A stretch of 64,000 bases of DNA from a virus (lineage: Duplodnaviria > Heunggongvirae > Uroviricota > Caudoviricetes): the IMG/VR virus record IMGVR_UViG_3300029258_003331, one strand, 5' to 3'. Under the pieces are notes generated by a model. That model saw only the letters and a program-made list of their open reading frames with translations. It did no database searches and was not told where the DNA came from. Numbering within the stretch: the stretch's first letter is position 1; each line of letters opens with the position of its first letter. The position numbers and the translations under genes were made by a program. Below are positions 44,763 to 52,990 of the stretch, piece after piece.

Positions 44763-45830
44763 ATGGTAGCATGGGATAAGCCTCTTCCGTGGGTTGAGGA
44801 CTGCAAAGATGTTGTGATGCGTGAGATGCGCTTGGACGGGTTTGTGGCAAAGATCATGTTTGCCGAGAGACTAGAAGGGAAATCTACTCACGGATTACCA
44901 CCAGGGAGGGCTGCCGAAGTTGTGCAGGTGGACTGTCTGCCGGGAGTGCCGGAGTCCTGGGTGCGCGGGAGGGGTTCCTACGTTGTTCCTGTGGAGACGG
45001 GAACAGGAATCTGGTTCGACTGGAGAAATGGTGCCGAGAGGGACATGAACACGGCAGTTGTTCCCTCAGTCAAAGGAATGAATCCGTTGACTGGGATGCC
45101 GCTGGATGGAATGTACCTCGAAAGTTACGTGGAAAAATGTCCCAAGCACGGCACCCGATTCAAGGGTGGTGGTCGTTTTTGCGAAGAATGTGGTTGGGAA
45201 TGGCCACCGCAAGGATATATCACCTACGAATCAACGATGTGGTGGGATGGTTTCAGGCAACCGGATGGCACCGTTCGCCAGTTTTTCTTCACAGACGAAG
45301 ACAGGCGCGATATCGCTTCGGCATTGATTGGCAAAGAGAACACAGTCCCTGCTTTTGGTTTTGCCTTCTACTGCCCCAAAAATCCCCGTACACCGCCGCC
45401 TCGTATGACCAGGGGTGTTGGCTGGAAAAAGTCTTTCGTACCCCACGAAGTCAATTATGTCGGTTCCTCCGTCAAGTATTCCCACAGGCAGCCGGATGTG
45501 TACTCGCAAACGGTTGATATGGGCGTTGCCAGTTTCACGGCACAGAGTTTGGCGGGGGCACAGGACAGCGACCTCGTCAGGACAAGCAGCATAAGTTGCA
45601 GCACGAACGAAAAGCGTTCTGCGTCGGTAAGCATCGGAGCAGGCGCAAAGATTCGTCAAGGATTGATGGTCGACAGCCTGGGTTTGGAGGGTTGGCAGGA
45701 AAGACCCTCTGCCGTTATTCGTCTCTACTTCTGTTTCGAGGAGGAGTTCAGGAAAATCGTGAAAAAGGGCGGCATCAAGGAATTCAACTGCAGCAGCGAG
45801 GGGATGCTAGAGGGGCTTCCCGTTGGTTAA
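44763..45830 (+). CDS. Hypothetical protein with CPKHG…CEECGW zinc-ribbon-like motif (355 aa)
   Basis: AAAGGAGCGAAA then ATG. Terminator downstream. Confidence 0.8.
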   Translation: MVAWDKPLPWVEDCKDVVMREMRLDGFVAKIMFAERLEGKSTHGLPPGRAAEVVQVDCLPGVPESWVRGRGSYVVPVETGTGIWFDWRNGAERDMNTAVVPSVKGMNPLTGMPLDGMYLESYVEKCPKHGTRFKGGGRFCEECGWEWPPQGYITYESTMWWDGFRQPDGTVRQFFFTDEDRRDIASALIGKENTVPAFGFAFYCPKNPRTPPPRMTRGVGWKKSFVPHEVNYVGSSVKYSHRQPDVYSQTVDMGVASFTAQSLAGAQDSDLVRTSSISCSTNEKRSASVSIGAGAKIRQGLMVDSLGLEGWQERPSAVIRLYFCFEEEFRKIVKKGGIKEFNCSSEGMLEGLPVG

Positions 45831-45856
45831 GGGATATTTTTCGAAGAATTTTCAAC

Positions 45857-45886
45857 AAAGGCCGCTTTCGGGCGGCCTTTTTTCAC
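45857..45886 (+). terminator. Rho-independent terminator
   Basis: AAAGGCCGC-TTTCG-GCGGCCTTT followed by TTTTC. Confidence 0.75.
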
Positions 45887-45903
45887 GAATTTCGGGGAGC
45901 AAT

Positions 45904-45912
45904 TGGTATAAT
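45904..45912 (+). promoter_or_regulatory. Extended -10 promoter TTGGTATAATG
   Basis: Follows terminator 45857..45886. 21 nt upstream of ATG 45933. Confidence 0.55.
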
Positions 45913-45932
45913 GCATCTGTGGAGGACAAAAA

Positions 45933-46256
45933 ATGCGTCACCCAGCAGATGAGGGCGAAGATTGGACGGAGATATTTGGTAAGACTTTTTCCCATTCTGA
46001 GTTGAGGGAGGCGGCAGATTTTGGGGATGTCGTGCGGTCGTATGGGTTTGTAGAGTCAATGTTGTCTACCTTCATTCGCGAGAAGATGAAAGTGGGACAT
46101 CGCCTGTTTCTTATCCAGAACCTTAAGCCAAGCGAACTTGGTGTGATGGCGATGCGGGAGCCCGATGACAGGTTGGCTCACATTATCAGAGAGCGATGTA
46201 GCGAGATGCACCGTCAAGAAGAGGGCAGACAGTGTATCGTGCTACCGAGTGAATAG
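45933..46256 (+). CDS. Hypothetical protein (107 aa)
   Basis: TGGTATAATG promoter about 20 nt upstream, then GGAGGACAAAAA and ATG. Confidence 0.65.
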   Translation: MRHPADEGEDWTEIFGKTFSHSELREAADFGDVVRSYGFVESMLSTFIREKMKVGHRLFLIQNLKPSELGVMAMREPDDRLAHIIRERCSEMHRQEEGRQCIVLPSE

Positions 46257-46265
46257 TGGGAGACC

Positions 46266-47579
46266 ATGATGCCCGATATTAACGTGAAAAGAGAGGTGAT
46301 GCGGGGCTCGGTCGATTTGATTCGGCACAAGTTGTTTTACGGGCACATACTTCAACAGATACCCAAAGTGTATAATGCCGAAAAATGGGGAATACCGACC
46401 ATGGGAGTCGGGAAGGAAGCCAATGATCTCTTGATAAAACTTTGTGTAAACGAGCAGTTCGTGCGGGAAATTTGGAAAAGAGCCGCAAACAGCGAGCAGG
46501 CCAGACAATGGCTAGGCTGTATCCTGGAGCACGAGGTTTTACACATTGTCTTTGACCACCTGAGTCTCCAATTCTACGATAAAACACGCGGCGCTGTGGC
46601 TGTGGATTTGGCGGTCAATTCCTACCTTCCTGAGCAGCACCTCCCTCCTGGTTGTTGTTTTCCGAATGACTACAACCTTGCGCAGGGCAAAAGCGCCATG
46701 TGGTACTACACGCACTTGGTGGATAATGAGCACTACCAAAAGCAGTTGGCGGATGAAACACTGGCCGTTCATATGGGAAATCAAAAACAACAAAGCAAAG
46801 GAAAAGGCGGAAAACAGGGAATAGGCGGAAAACAGGGAAAACAGGAAGAACAGGGAAAAGGTGGAAAACAGGGAAAAGGTGGTGATCTGGATATGTCTGG
46901 GTCGCATGAAATGTGGGACCGAGCGGCGCAGGACCCATTGCTGAAGGAATTTTGCAAAGACCTCGTCAGCAAAGCCCGGGAACTCGTTGGTAAGGAGTAC
47001 GGTGACATACCAGGGGCGGTAATCGAGCAGATAGAGGATTTGTTCAAGAAAAGACGACCCATTGTCCCCTGGAATAAGGTGCTCCGGAACTTCGCCGCGA
47101 GTGCTACGGAATCAAGTTTGGATTACACGATGAAACGCGTAAGTAAGCGTTTCGGTACGCGACCGGGCACGCGAAAAGAAGACGTGCTCAACCTTGCCGT
47201 AGCCGTCGATACAAGCGGGTCAATTAGCGATTCGCAGTTGGTGTTGTTCTTTAATGAGGTTCGCTGGATATGGCGCAATGGTTCTATTGTGACCGTCTAC
47301 GAAGCCGACGCCGATATCCAGGCGGTCTACAAATTCAAGGGTAAGTTCACCGGAGAGATACATGGTCGCGGCGGTACGGACTTGGAACCGGTCTTGAAGG
47401 AAACAGAAGGAAAATACGACGCGCTTATTTATTTCACCGATTTTTATGCGCCTCACATCGACAGGCGGTATAATATTCCTATCTTGTGGGTGCTGACTAC
47501 CGAACTGACGCGTGACCGGTTTCCTTACAAGTGGGGAAGATACATCAAGATTGAAGATAATAAGGCAAAAGTTGCCTGA
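46266..47579 (+). CDS. Second putative metallopeptidase (HExxH) – vWA protein, DUF2201-like (437 aa)
   Basis: ILEHEVLHIVFDHL N-domain. (GKQG)n linker. VAVDTSGSISDSQ MIDAS in the C-terminal vWA. Same architecture as 33390..35252. Confidence 0.9.
   Translation: MMPDINVKREVMRGSVDLIRHKLFYGHILQQIPKVYNAEKWGIPTMGVGKEANDLLIKLCVNEQFVREIWKRAANSEQARQWLGCILEHEVLHIVFDHLSLQFYDKTRGAVAVDLAVNSYLPEQHLPPGCCFPNDYNLAQGKSAMWYYTHLVDNEHYQKQLADETLAVHMGNQKQQSKGKGGKQGIGGKQGKQEEQGKGGKQGKGGDLDMSGSHEMWDRAAQDPLLKEFCKDLVSKARELVGKEYGDIPGAVIEQIEDLFKKRRPIVPWNKVLRNFAASATESSLDYTMKRVSKRFGTRPGTRKEDVLNLAVAVDTSGSISDSQLVLFFNEVRWIWRNGSIVTVYEADADIQAVYKFKGKFTGEIHGRGGTDLEPVLKETEGKYDALIYFTDFYAPHIDRRYNIPILWVLTTELTRDRFPYKWGRYIKIEDNKAKVA
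46795..46900 (+). repeat. Degenerate 12-bp coding repeat (GGAAAACAGGGA)n
   Basis: Encodes the (GKQG)n linker of the second HExxH-vWA protein. Confidence 0.7.
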
Positions 47580-47600
47580 GATTGATCATGGGGAGGCAAG

Positions 47601-48002
47601 ATGAGAACGCTGTTGGTTGCGACTGAGGAGACAATTGGGGCTCACGCGGGCGAGGAATACGACGATTACATAACGGTGAAGTCCATCCCGACCCCGCAAG
47701 AGTTACCTTCGATTGCCAATCAAATTCGCAATAAAATACGCGGAGTCATTGTTGCTGCCCAGGCTGAAGGTTGCCACGATGAAAAGGTGGTTAAAATAAG
47801 CCTTGATGCATCGCCGCCTTACAGTGTCGTGTTGGTAAGCCTTAGCGATGTGATGAAGCAGGAAGAAGGTCTCGTGTTGGAGTTGCCCAAGGGACTGGGA
47901 AGAAAGGATAACGCGGTCAGTAGCGCAGACTCCACTACTATGACGGGCGACGAGAGCGGCACCGTGCAGCCCGAAGATGCCGACAACGAAGTGACCAGTT
48001 AA
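47601..48002 (+). CDS. Hypothetical protein (133 aa)
   Basis: GGGGAGGCAAG then ATG. Confidence 0.65.
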   Translation: MRTLLVATEETIGAHAGEEYDDYITVKSIPTPQELPSIANQIRNKIRGVIVAAQAEGCHDEKVVKISLDASPPYSVVLVSLSDVMKQEEGLVLELPKGLGRKDNAVSSADSTTMTGDESGTVQPEDADNEVTS

Positions 48003-48015
48003 GAGGAGAAAAGGA

Positions 48016-48510
48016 ATGGCAACACCTGAGCGGTTCGTAAGTCCTGCTGTCGCTGACATCATGGAGAAACACCTGCGGGCGTATCCGGAGGTCTTCGAGG
48101 GGTTCGACGTCAACGAGATAGTGTGCTTCCACTACAAAGGCAAAGAGGATACGCGTCGTCCTTTGAAGATTAAGCCCGTTCGCGACCCGTTTGACATGCT
48201 GGTTGACAAGGTTTACATCATCCAGGTGGCTGACGCGACTTGGAATGAGATGACGCCAACCCAACGTCATTTGGCTGTTTTTCATACGATGTGTGCTATT
48301 CCAGAAGGCGCATTTGACAAGGAAAGTAGGGAATACGGTAAGGTCAAAAAGCCTGACTACGAGTTGTTTGCGGAAGAATTCGCAGCCGCCGGAGGGGTGC
48401 CAAACTGGATGGAGAATCCGGAAGCCAAAGACCCCTTGGAGAAGAAAAAGAGCAGCACTCCTAAGCGCGCGGTGACGACAGCGGGGGTTGCTGCCGGGGC
48501 TACCGCGTGA
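48016..48510 (+). CDS. Hypothetical protein (164 aa)
   Basis: GAGGAGAAAAGGA then ATG. Confidence 0.7.
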   Translation: MATPERFVSPAVADIMEKHLRAYPEVFEGFDVNEIVCFHYKGKEDTRRPLKIKPVRDPFDMLVDKVYIIQVADATWNEMTPTQRHLAVFHTMCAIPEGAFDKESREYGKVKKPDYELFAEEFAAAGGVPNWMENPEAKDPLEKKKSSTPKRAVTTAGVAAGATA

Positions 48511-49139
48511 AGAACAAGTTTCTGACGGAAATACTCAAAATGCCGGCAGAGCAGCGTCGGCGACTGCGTATCGACGTGAGACGCCACAAGCGATATCGAC
48601 CGGCGGCACGTCGCGAATATACACAAGAGGAGTTGCTGGAGTGGGCAAAAGAACGCAACATCAAAACAACGCGCCAACTCGATGCTGTGCGCGAGAAAGG
48701 CGACCCAACGTTTTACATTTTCAAGCAGGTGTTTGGTTCTTGGAATGCTTTCAAGGAGATGGCATACGGAAGGGAGGCAGTAGACCCCTTTTTGCACGAG
48801 CCACCGAATGACGCGAAATATATCATGGAAGTCATTGTGCAGTTTCAACTATGGCGACAAAAGGACTACGAAAGAGCGCGACAGGTGCGTCCGGAGGTTG
48901 TGCCGTCTATCAGCCGGCTGCGTTATCAATTTGGCAGATGGTCAAATGCCGTTTACTGCGCTGAAAGGTGGTCGGCTTGGAAGACCCTGGAGCATTACGT
49001 GAGATTGCGAGATAAACTGGGCAGGTGGCCAACGGGTGGCGAGTGCAAGAAGGCAAAACTCGACCTCCGAATGCTCTTGGAAATTCACCGGACGAGTAAG
49101 GCTCTGCAGAGGTTTATCGAAAATATGGAACGAGGTTAG
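48507..49139 (+). CDS. Protein with two homing-endonuclease-associated (HNH_repeat-like) repeats (210 aa)
   Basis: ELLEWAKERNIKTTRQLD…FGSWNAFKEMA and a second copy …FGRWSNAVYCAE. No catalytic HNH, GIY-YIG or LAGLIDADG motif seen. Confidence 0.7.
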   Translation: MKNKFLTEILKMPAEQRRRLRIDVRRHKRYRPAARREYTQEELLEWAKERNIKTTRQLDAVREKGDPTFYIFKQVFGSWNAFKEMAYGREAVDPFLHEPPNDAKYIMEVIVQFQLWRQKDYERARQVRPEVVPSISRLRYQFGRWSNAVYCAERWSAWKTLEHYVRLRDKLGRWPTGGECKKAKLDLRMLLEIHRTSKALQRFIENMERG

Positions 49140-49141
49140 GC

Positions 49142-49591
49142 ATGCAGCCAGAGCAGACCATCCGAGACAAGTTTGACATGCTTTATCGGCGTGTCTTGCA
49201 GAAAAGACAAAATGCTTACTTGACTATGGGTTACAGAAATTGTAAGTTTAATAGTGTCAAACGTGTTAGGAAGAACGGCTGGGTTGGTTTTTGCGTGAAC
49301 CCAGAAGTCGTTACCAGGAGGCAACGCTTCCTGTTCGTCTGCAACGATGACGAAACTGCCGAAAAATGCGAATGCTACGAATGTAAGCACACAGAGGACT
49401 CGGTAAGGGCTGAGTTCCACGAGGAACTTCGGAACCCCGCGTTGTGCGGTCAGAAACATCCGAAGTTGGCAATCCTCCTTTGGTGCTTGCAGGAGATGCC
49501 GGAAGACCGGAGCCGGCGTCGCCGTTTTATCAGGGCACTGCTATCGAGCATCAGGGAGGTTTGGAGTTTAATTCGATGCCGATGGTGGTGA
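49142..49591 (+). CDS. Hypothetical Cys-rich protein (149 aa)
   Basis: Starts 3 nt after the upstream stop. CECYECKH motif. Confidence 0.6.
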   Translation: MQPEQTIRDKFDMLYRRVLQKRQNAYLTMGYRNCKFNSVKRVRKNGWVGFCVNPEVVTRRQRFLFVCNDDETAEKCECYECKHTEDSVRAEFHEELRNPALCGQKHPKLAILLWCLQEMPEDRSRRRRFIRALLSSIREVWSLIRCRWW

Positions 49592-49595
49592 CTGG

Positions 49596-50294
49596 ATGGG
49601 CGTAGCGGCGCATTGGTACTGCCTACTGCTTGATTCCCAGAGATTGCGCGGAATCAAGGACATCGAGCGTCATCTCTGGCGCGAGATGGGTCTCATATTT
49701 GGCGATGACTTTGAAGATGTGCGCTTGATAGGCGAACGGCTCGACGAGGACGCCTACGAGTTGTACTCCGAGAGTTACGCCTTTGTGAAATGCCGCAGTT
49801 ACGAACACCACGCACAACGTCTCAAAGCATCGTCCCTCATTCAACTTGTTCTCCCTTCTTTCCATAGCCCCGACATAGTTTCTGAAGATGCCATTGAAAC
49901 GTTTGACCGGGCGGCTCGGGTCAAGTGTGGCAATAACAGTCCCGTTTCGGTCGGGGATATTGTTTTGGTGCGCAGTGGCTATTTGGAGAACTTGTACGGC
50001 GTGGTTGTGCGCGAGGGGAAAAAAGACCGGTTTGAGGTCATGTTCAGGTTACACACCCGGCATTTCATCGAAGAGGTGTCGGAAAGAAACTTGTCAGCGC
50101 GGGGTAGCGTGTTTCGGGACCACGGTGTAAAGGTCCGAGTGAAAGCAATCGGCGATGCTGTTGATATCAGATTGCTTTCACCGCAAGTTGGGAAAGGCGC
50201 GAGGGATAGTCTTGAAAATAAGGCACGTAGGACGGCATGGAGACAGGAAAAGACGGTGGGGAAGAGAGAGTTACCGGCAACGGCCACACTTTGA
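49596..50294 (+). CDS. KOW-motif (NusG/Spt5-like) protein (232 aa)
   Basis: SVGDIVLVRSGYLENLYGVVVREGKKDRFEVMFRL fits the KOW consensus GxxVxVxxGxfxGxxGxV. Confidence 0.65.
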   Translation: MGVAAHWYCLLLDSQRLRGIKDIERHLWREMGLIFGDDFEDVRLIGERLDEDAYELYSESYAFVKCRSYEHHAQRLKASSLIQLVLPSFHSPDIVSEDAIETFDRAARVKCGNNSPVSVGDIVLVRSGYLENLYGVVVREGKKDRFEVMFRLHTRHFIEEVSERNLSARGSVFRDHGVKVRVKAIGDAVDIRLLSPQVGKGARDSLENKARRTAWRQEKTVGKRELPATATL

Positions 50295-50766
50295 CGTTAG
50301 CGAGGTCCGGGAGAACAAAGCCCTTTTTGACCTGCTGAACGCCAAAGACCGGGATGTGCTCTATCTCGTCTACGTGTCGAGAAAAAAACAACAAGCCGTG
50401 CGCCGTATCCTGCGGCGGTCGCAACCTATGCTGGTGTATGACATTAGACGCATACGCGAACGCATGGAGTTCATCGTTTATCTCAAGCGCGTTTTTGATA
50501 TCTTTTTGGATTTTTTGGAATTTCGCGCGGAGGAGTACGAACCCGAGATAATCGAAGCGCTCATCGTCATGTATTATACCACTTCGTATACCCAGTCCTC
50601 AGAGGTCCTCGGAAAGCCACAAATCTATGTCAGATATACATTTGACAAAGCCATAAAGCAGTTGCGAGAGAGAAAACATTGGGACGCTTACGAGATATTT
50701 GCCGCCATAGCCCGTAACAAGAATAAGGTCAAGCGGCTTTATAAGTCACGCGATAGCGCCTCCTGA
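50155..50766 (+). CDS. Sigma-70 region-4-like HTH protein, start undefined (203 aa as tabulated)
   Basis: LNAKDRDVLYLVYVSRKKQQAVRRILRRSQPMLVYDIRRIRERM resembles the sigma r4 / LuxR-type HTH. The first 47 codons overlap the KOW gene and are R-rich. No canonical start sits just after the KOW stop. Confidence 0.4.
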   Translation: MLLISDCFHRKLGKARGIVLKIRHVGRHGDRKRRWGRESYRQRPHFDVSEVRENKALFDLLNAKDRDVLYLVYVSRKKQQAVRRILRRSQPMLVYDIRRIRERMEFIVYLKRVFDIFLDFLEFRAEEYEPEIIEALIVMYYTTSYTQSSEVLGKPQIYVRYTFDKAIKQLRERKHWDAYEIFAAIARNKNKVKRLYKSRDSAS

Positions 50767-50860
50767 CTGCATATTTTTTTGATAATGCTGTCTTTTTAGA
50801 GGGTTACAGCAGTGTTCCTGCTGTCGTGGTCTGACGGTCTATCACGAGGAGGGGTTGGTC

Positions 50861-51130
50861 GTGGGTAAGGAATTTTACAGCGACTTCGTCTGGCATTCGG
50901 CTATCGGAATTGACAGCGTGGTAGACGGGCACAAACGGTTTTGTACGCGCTTGCCTAATACACGCAAAGCCAGGAGCATGTTTTTCCGCGCGGCTGGGGA
51001 CGGCAAATTGCTCATTCATCGCACTACTCAGGCTCTCTGGCGCGTGAGTGAGGATGGTGGTTCTATTGAGCCGGTTTTTGACACAGATGTTTTGACCGAG
51101 GAAGACCTTGCTGAAGGCTTCTCCGAGTAG
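50861..51130 (+). CDS. Hypothetical protein (89 aa)
   Basis: GAGGAGGGG then 6 nt then GTG. Confidence 0.5.
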   Translation: MGKEFYSDFVWHSAIGIDSVVDGHKRFCTRLPNTRKARSMFFRAAGDGKLLIHRTTQALWRVSEDGGSIEPVFDTDVLTEEDLAEGFSE

Positions 51131-51143
51131 AGAGGGTGCCAAT

Positions 51144-52322
51144 ATGGATTTGACCAGGATGATGGCTGAGGAGCCGCTTGCCAACCTTGATTGGCTGCAG
51201 AACGCAGAGACTTTCGAGCCGGCAGACAAGGACATTAACACCAAGGATGACCTCGCCGTAGAGTGGGGGCGTGGCAGTGTAAATTCCCCGGAGGACCTGC
51301 CGCCGACCACCATTGAGGATGAAATGGATGTCGAGATGCCCTGGCAGGCGACGGAATCATGTGTGGCGGCAGCGCGTGTGTTGATGCATCAGGGATTCAT
51401 GCACGGTGACTTGGTTGCGGCTCTTCGGACGCATTTCGCCCCCGACGTGATTAAGGCTGCTATTCCTGAGTTGAAGAAACTCACGGCGGCGGAAGGTATC
51501 ATCGGCTGTGTGGCGCTGGACCTGCGGGGACAAAAAGACCACGAAGCAGCACTCAAGGCATCCCGCAGGTCGCCCTATAAACGCTTCATCAGTTACGTGC
51601 TTATGACCCCTGAGCAGATTGAGTCCAGCGCACTCGTGGAAAGGCACTATGCGACGAGAGCCAGTATGGAAAACGGCTCCATTGATGGGCTTTTGGGTAA
51701 CGACGAGAGGCGCACTATGGAGCAGGCTGTTTACAAGCCTCTGAACATGCCCATCATTGTTATGTCTTCGGGTCCACACGAGGAGAGCATAAGCGACGAG
51801 AACTACGGCACCACCATGCTTGAATTGGCTCAATTTGGCGAGTTGAATGATGACGAAATCAAGGAGATTGAGAGCCGCGAATCAGCCGACAACTTTGAGA
51901 AATTGCGCCAAGCATTTCGTCTCGTCAATCGTAAGCGCAAAGCCAAAGCGACAGCGGATATGAATCGCAACGTCAATGCTGCGGATAAGGCGAACGACTA
52001 CGCAATGGAAGCGTCTATCGTGACGGCGGAGGTTGGTAACGCGCCGACTCCTGAGATTGAGACCTTTGGGGTTGATGTCGCGAGTTTGACGGTCGAAAGT
52101 GACCGGGAAGTCGAAAAGGTCGCGGTCGAAGATGTTGAAGTGCAGCACGTAGAGCAGGAAGACATCGTGCTCGCAGCAGTAGCAGAGATGGATCTTGATA
52201 TCGACCCGTCAGTGGTTCTTGATCCTGAGTTTGAGGGCATCTCCGACATTGGGCTGGACGAACCCGCAGAGCAAATCGCGCCTCTCGACATTGAAGAGAC
52301 GGCAGAAATCGACTTTGGTTGA
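51144..52322 (+). CDS. Highly acidic protein, possible scaffold or morphogenesis-associated (392 aa)
   Basis: GAGAGGGTGCCAAT then ATG. pI very low. C-terminal D/E-rich repeats. Confidence 0.75.
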   Translation: MDLTRMMAEEPLANLDWLQNAETFEPADKDINTKDDLAVEWGRGSVNSPEDLPPTTIEDEMDVEMPWQATESCVAAARVLMHQGFMHGDLVAALRTHFAPDVIKAAIPELKKLTAAEGIIGCVALDLRGQKDHEAALKASRRSPYKRFISYVLMTPEQIESSALVERHYATRASMENGSIDGLLGNDERRTMEQAVYKPLNMPIIVMSSGPHEESISDENYGTTMLELAQFGELNDDEIKEIESRESADNFEKLRQAFRLVNRKRKAKATADMNRNVNAADKANDYAMEASIVTAEVGNAPTPEIETFGVDVASLTVESDREVEKVAVEDVEVQHVEQEDIVLAAVAEMDLDIDPSVVLDPEFEGISDIGLDEPAEQIAPLDIEETAEIDFG

Positions 52323-52384
52323 TGTTGTTTTCTGCATGAAGTGCTGCCTGAAAAATTGAGTTGGGAACGACGAGAAGGGACTAA

Positions 52385-52990
52385 ATGGCTGCTGACGATT
52401 TCAGCCGGGACGAGGGTTTTGACGAGGGACCGACGACCGAACTTGTAGTTGCCAGTCCCGAGACTAACCTGCCGACCGAAACTCCCCCGCCGGCTACCAA
52501 CATGAGGGAGCATCGGGCAAACCTGGTGCGTGACTACCACCACGGGGCTTCCTCGCTGGCTGAGAAATTGCGCCTCCAGGGTCGGGATAACAGCGAAGCC
52601 ATGGTTATGGCTATCGTGGCTGAGATTATCCAGGAAACGGATCATCTCCTCGGGAATGAGTTGGTAGCCACTGAGGACGGCGAATTACGAGACGCTTCGG
52701 TTATCTCTACAAAGCGTGCAGAGGTATTGGATAGGGCGCTCAAGGCGGTACAGACAAAACTGGTTTTCGACCGTGACCATGGCATTGACGTGGAGAGCCC
52801 AGCCATGCGGGTTATCTTCAAATTCTTCATGTCCAAGGTGAGACATGTGTTCAAACTTCTCAAGTACAGTGACGAGGCTTCCGACACTTTCTTTCGGACG
52901 TTTGCGAGTGTCATGGATGCATGGGAAGGTGAACTAAAGACGGAATTGCAAGGTAGTTCGGTGTTGAATCCAGAGAAGAACCAGCGATGA
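52385..52990 (+). CDS. Hypothetical protein directly upstream of TerL; candidate terminase small subunit (201 aa)
   Basis: Assigned from position only. ATGA overlap with TerL. Confidence 0.6.
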   Translation: MAADDFSRDEGFDEGPTTELVVASPETNLPTETPPPATNMREHRANLVRDYHHGASSLAEKLRLQGRDNSEAMVMAIVAEIIQETDHLLGNELVATEDGELRDASVISTKRAEVLDRALKAVQTKLVFDRDHGIDVESPAMRVIFKFFMSKVRHVFKLLKYSDEASDTFFRTFASVMDAWEGELKTELQGSSVLNPEKNQR

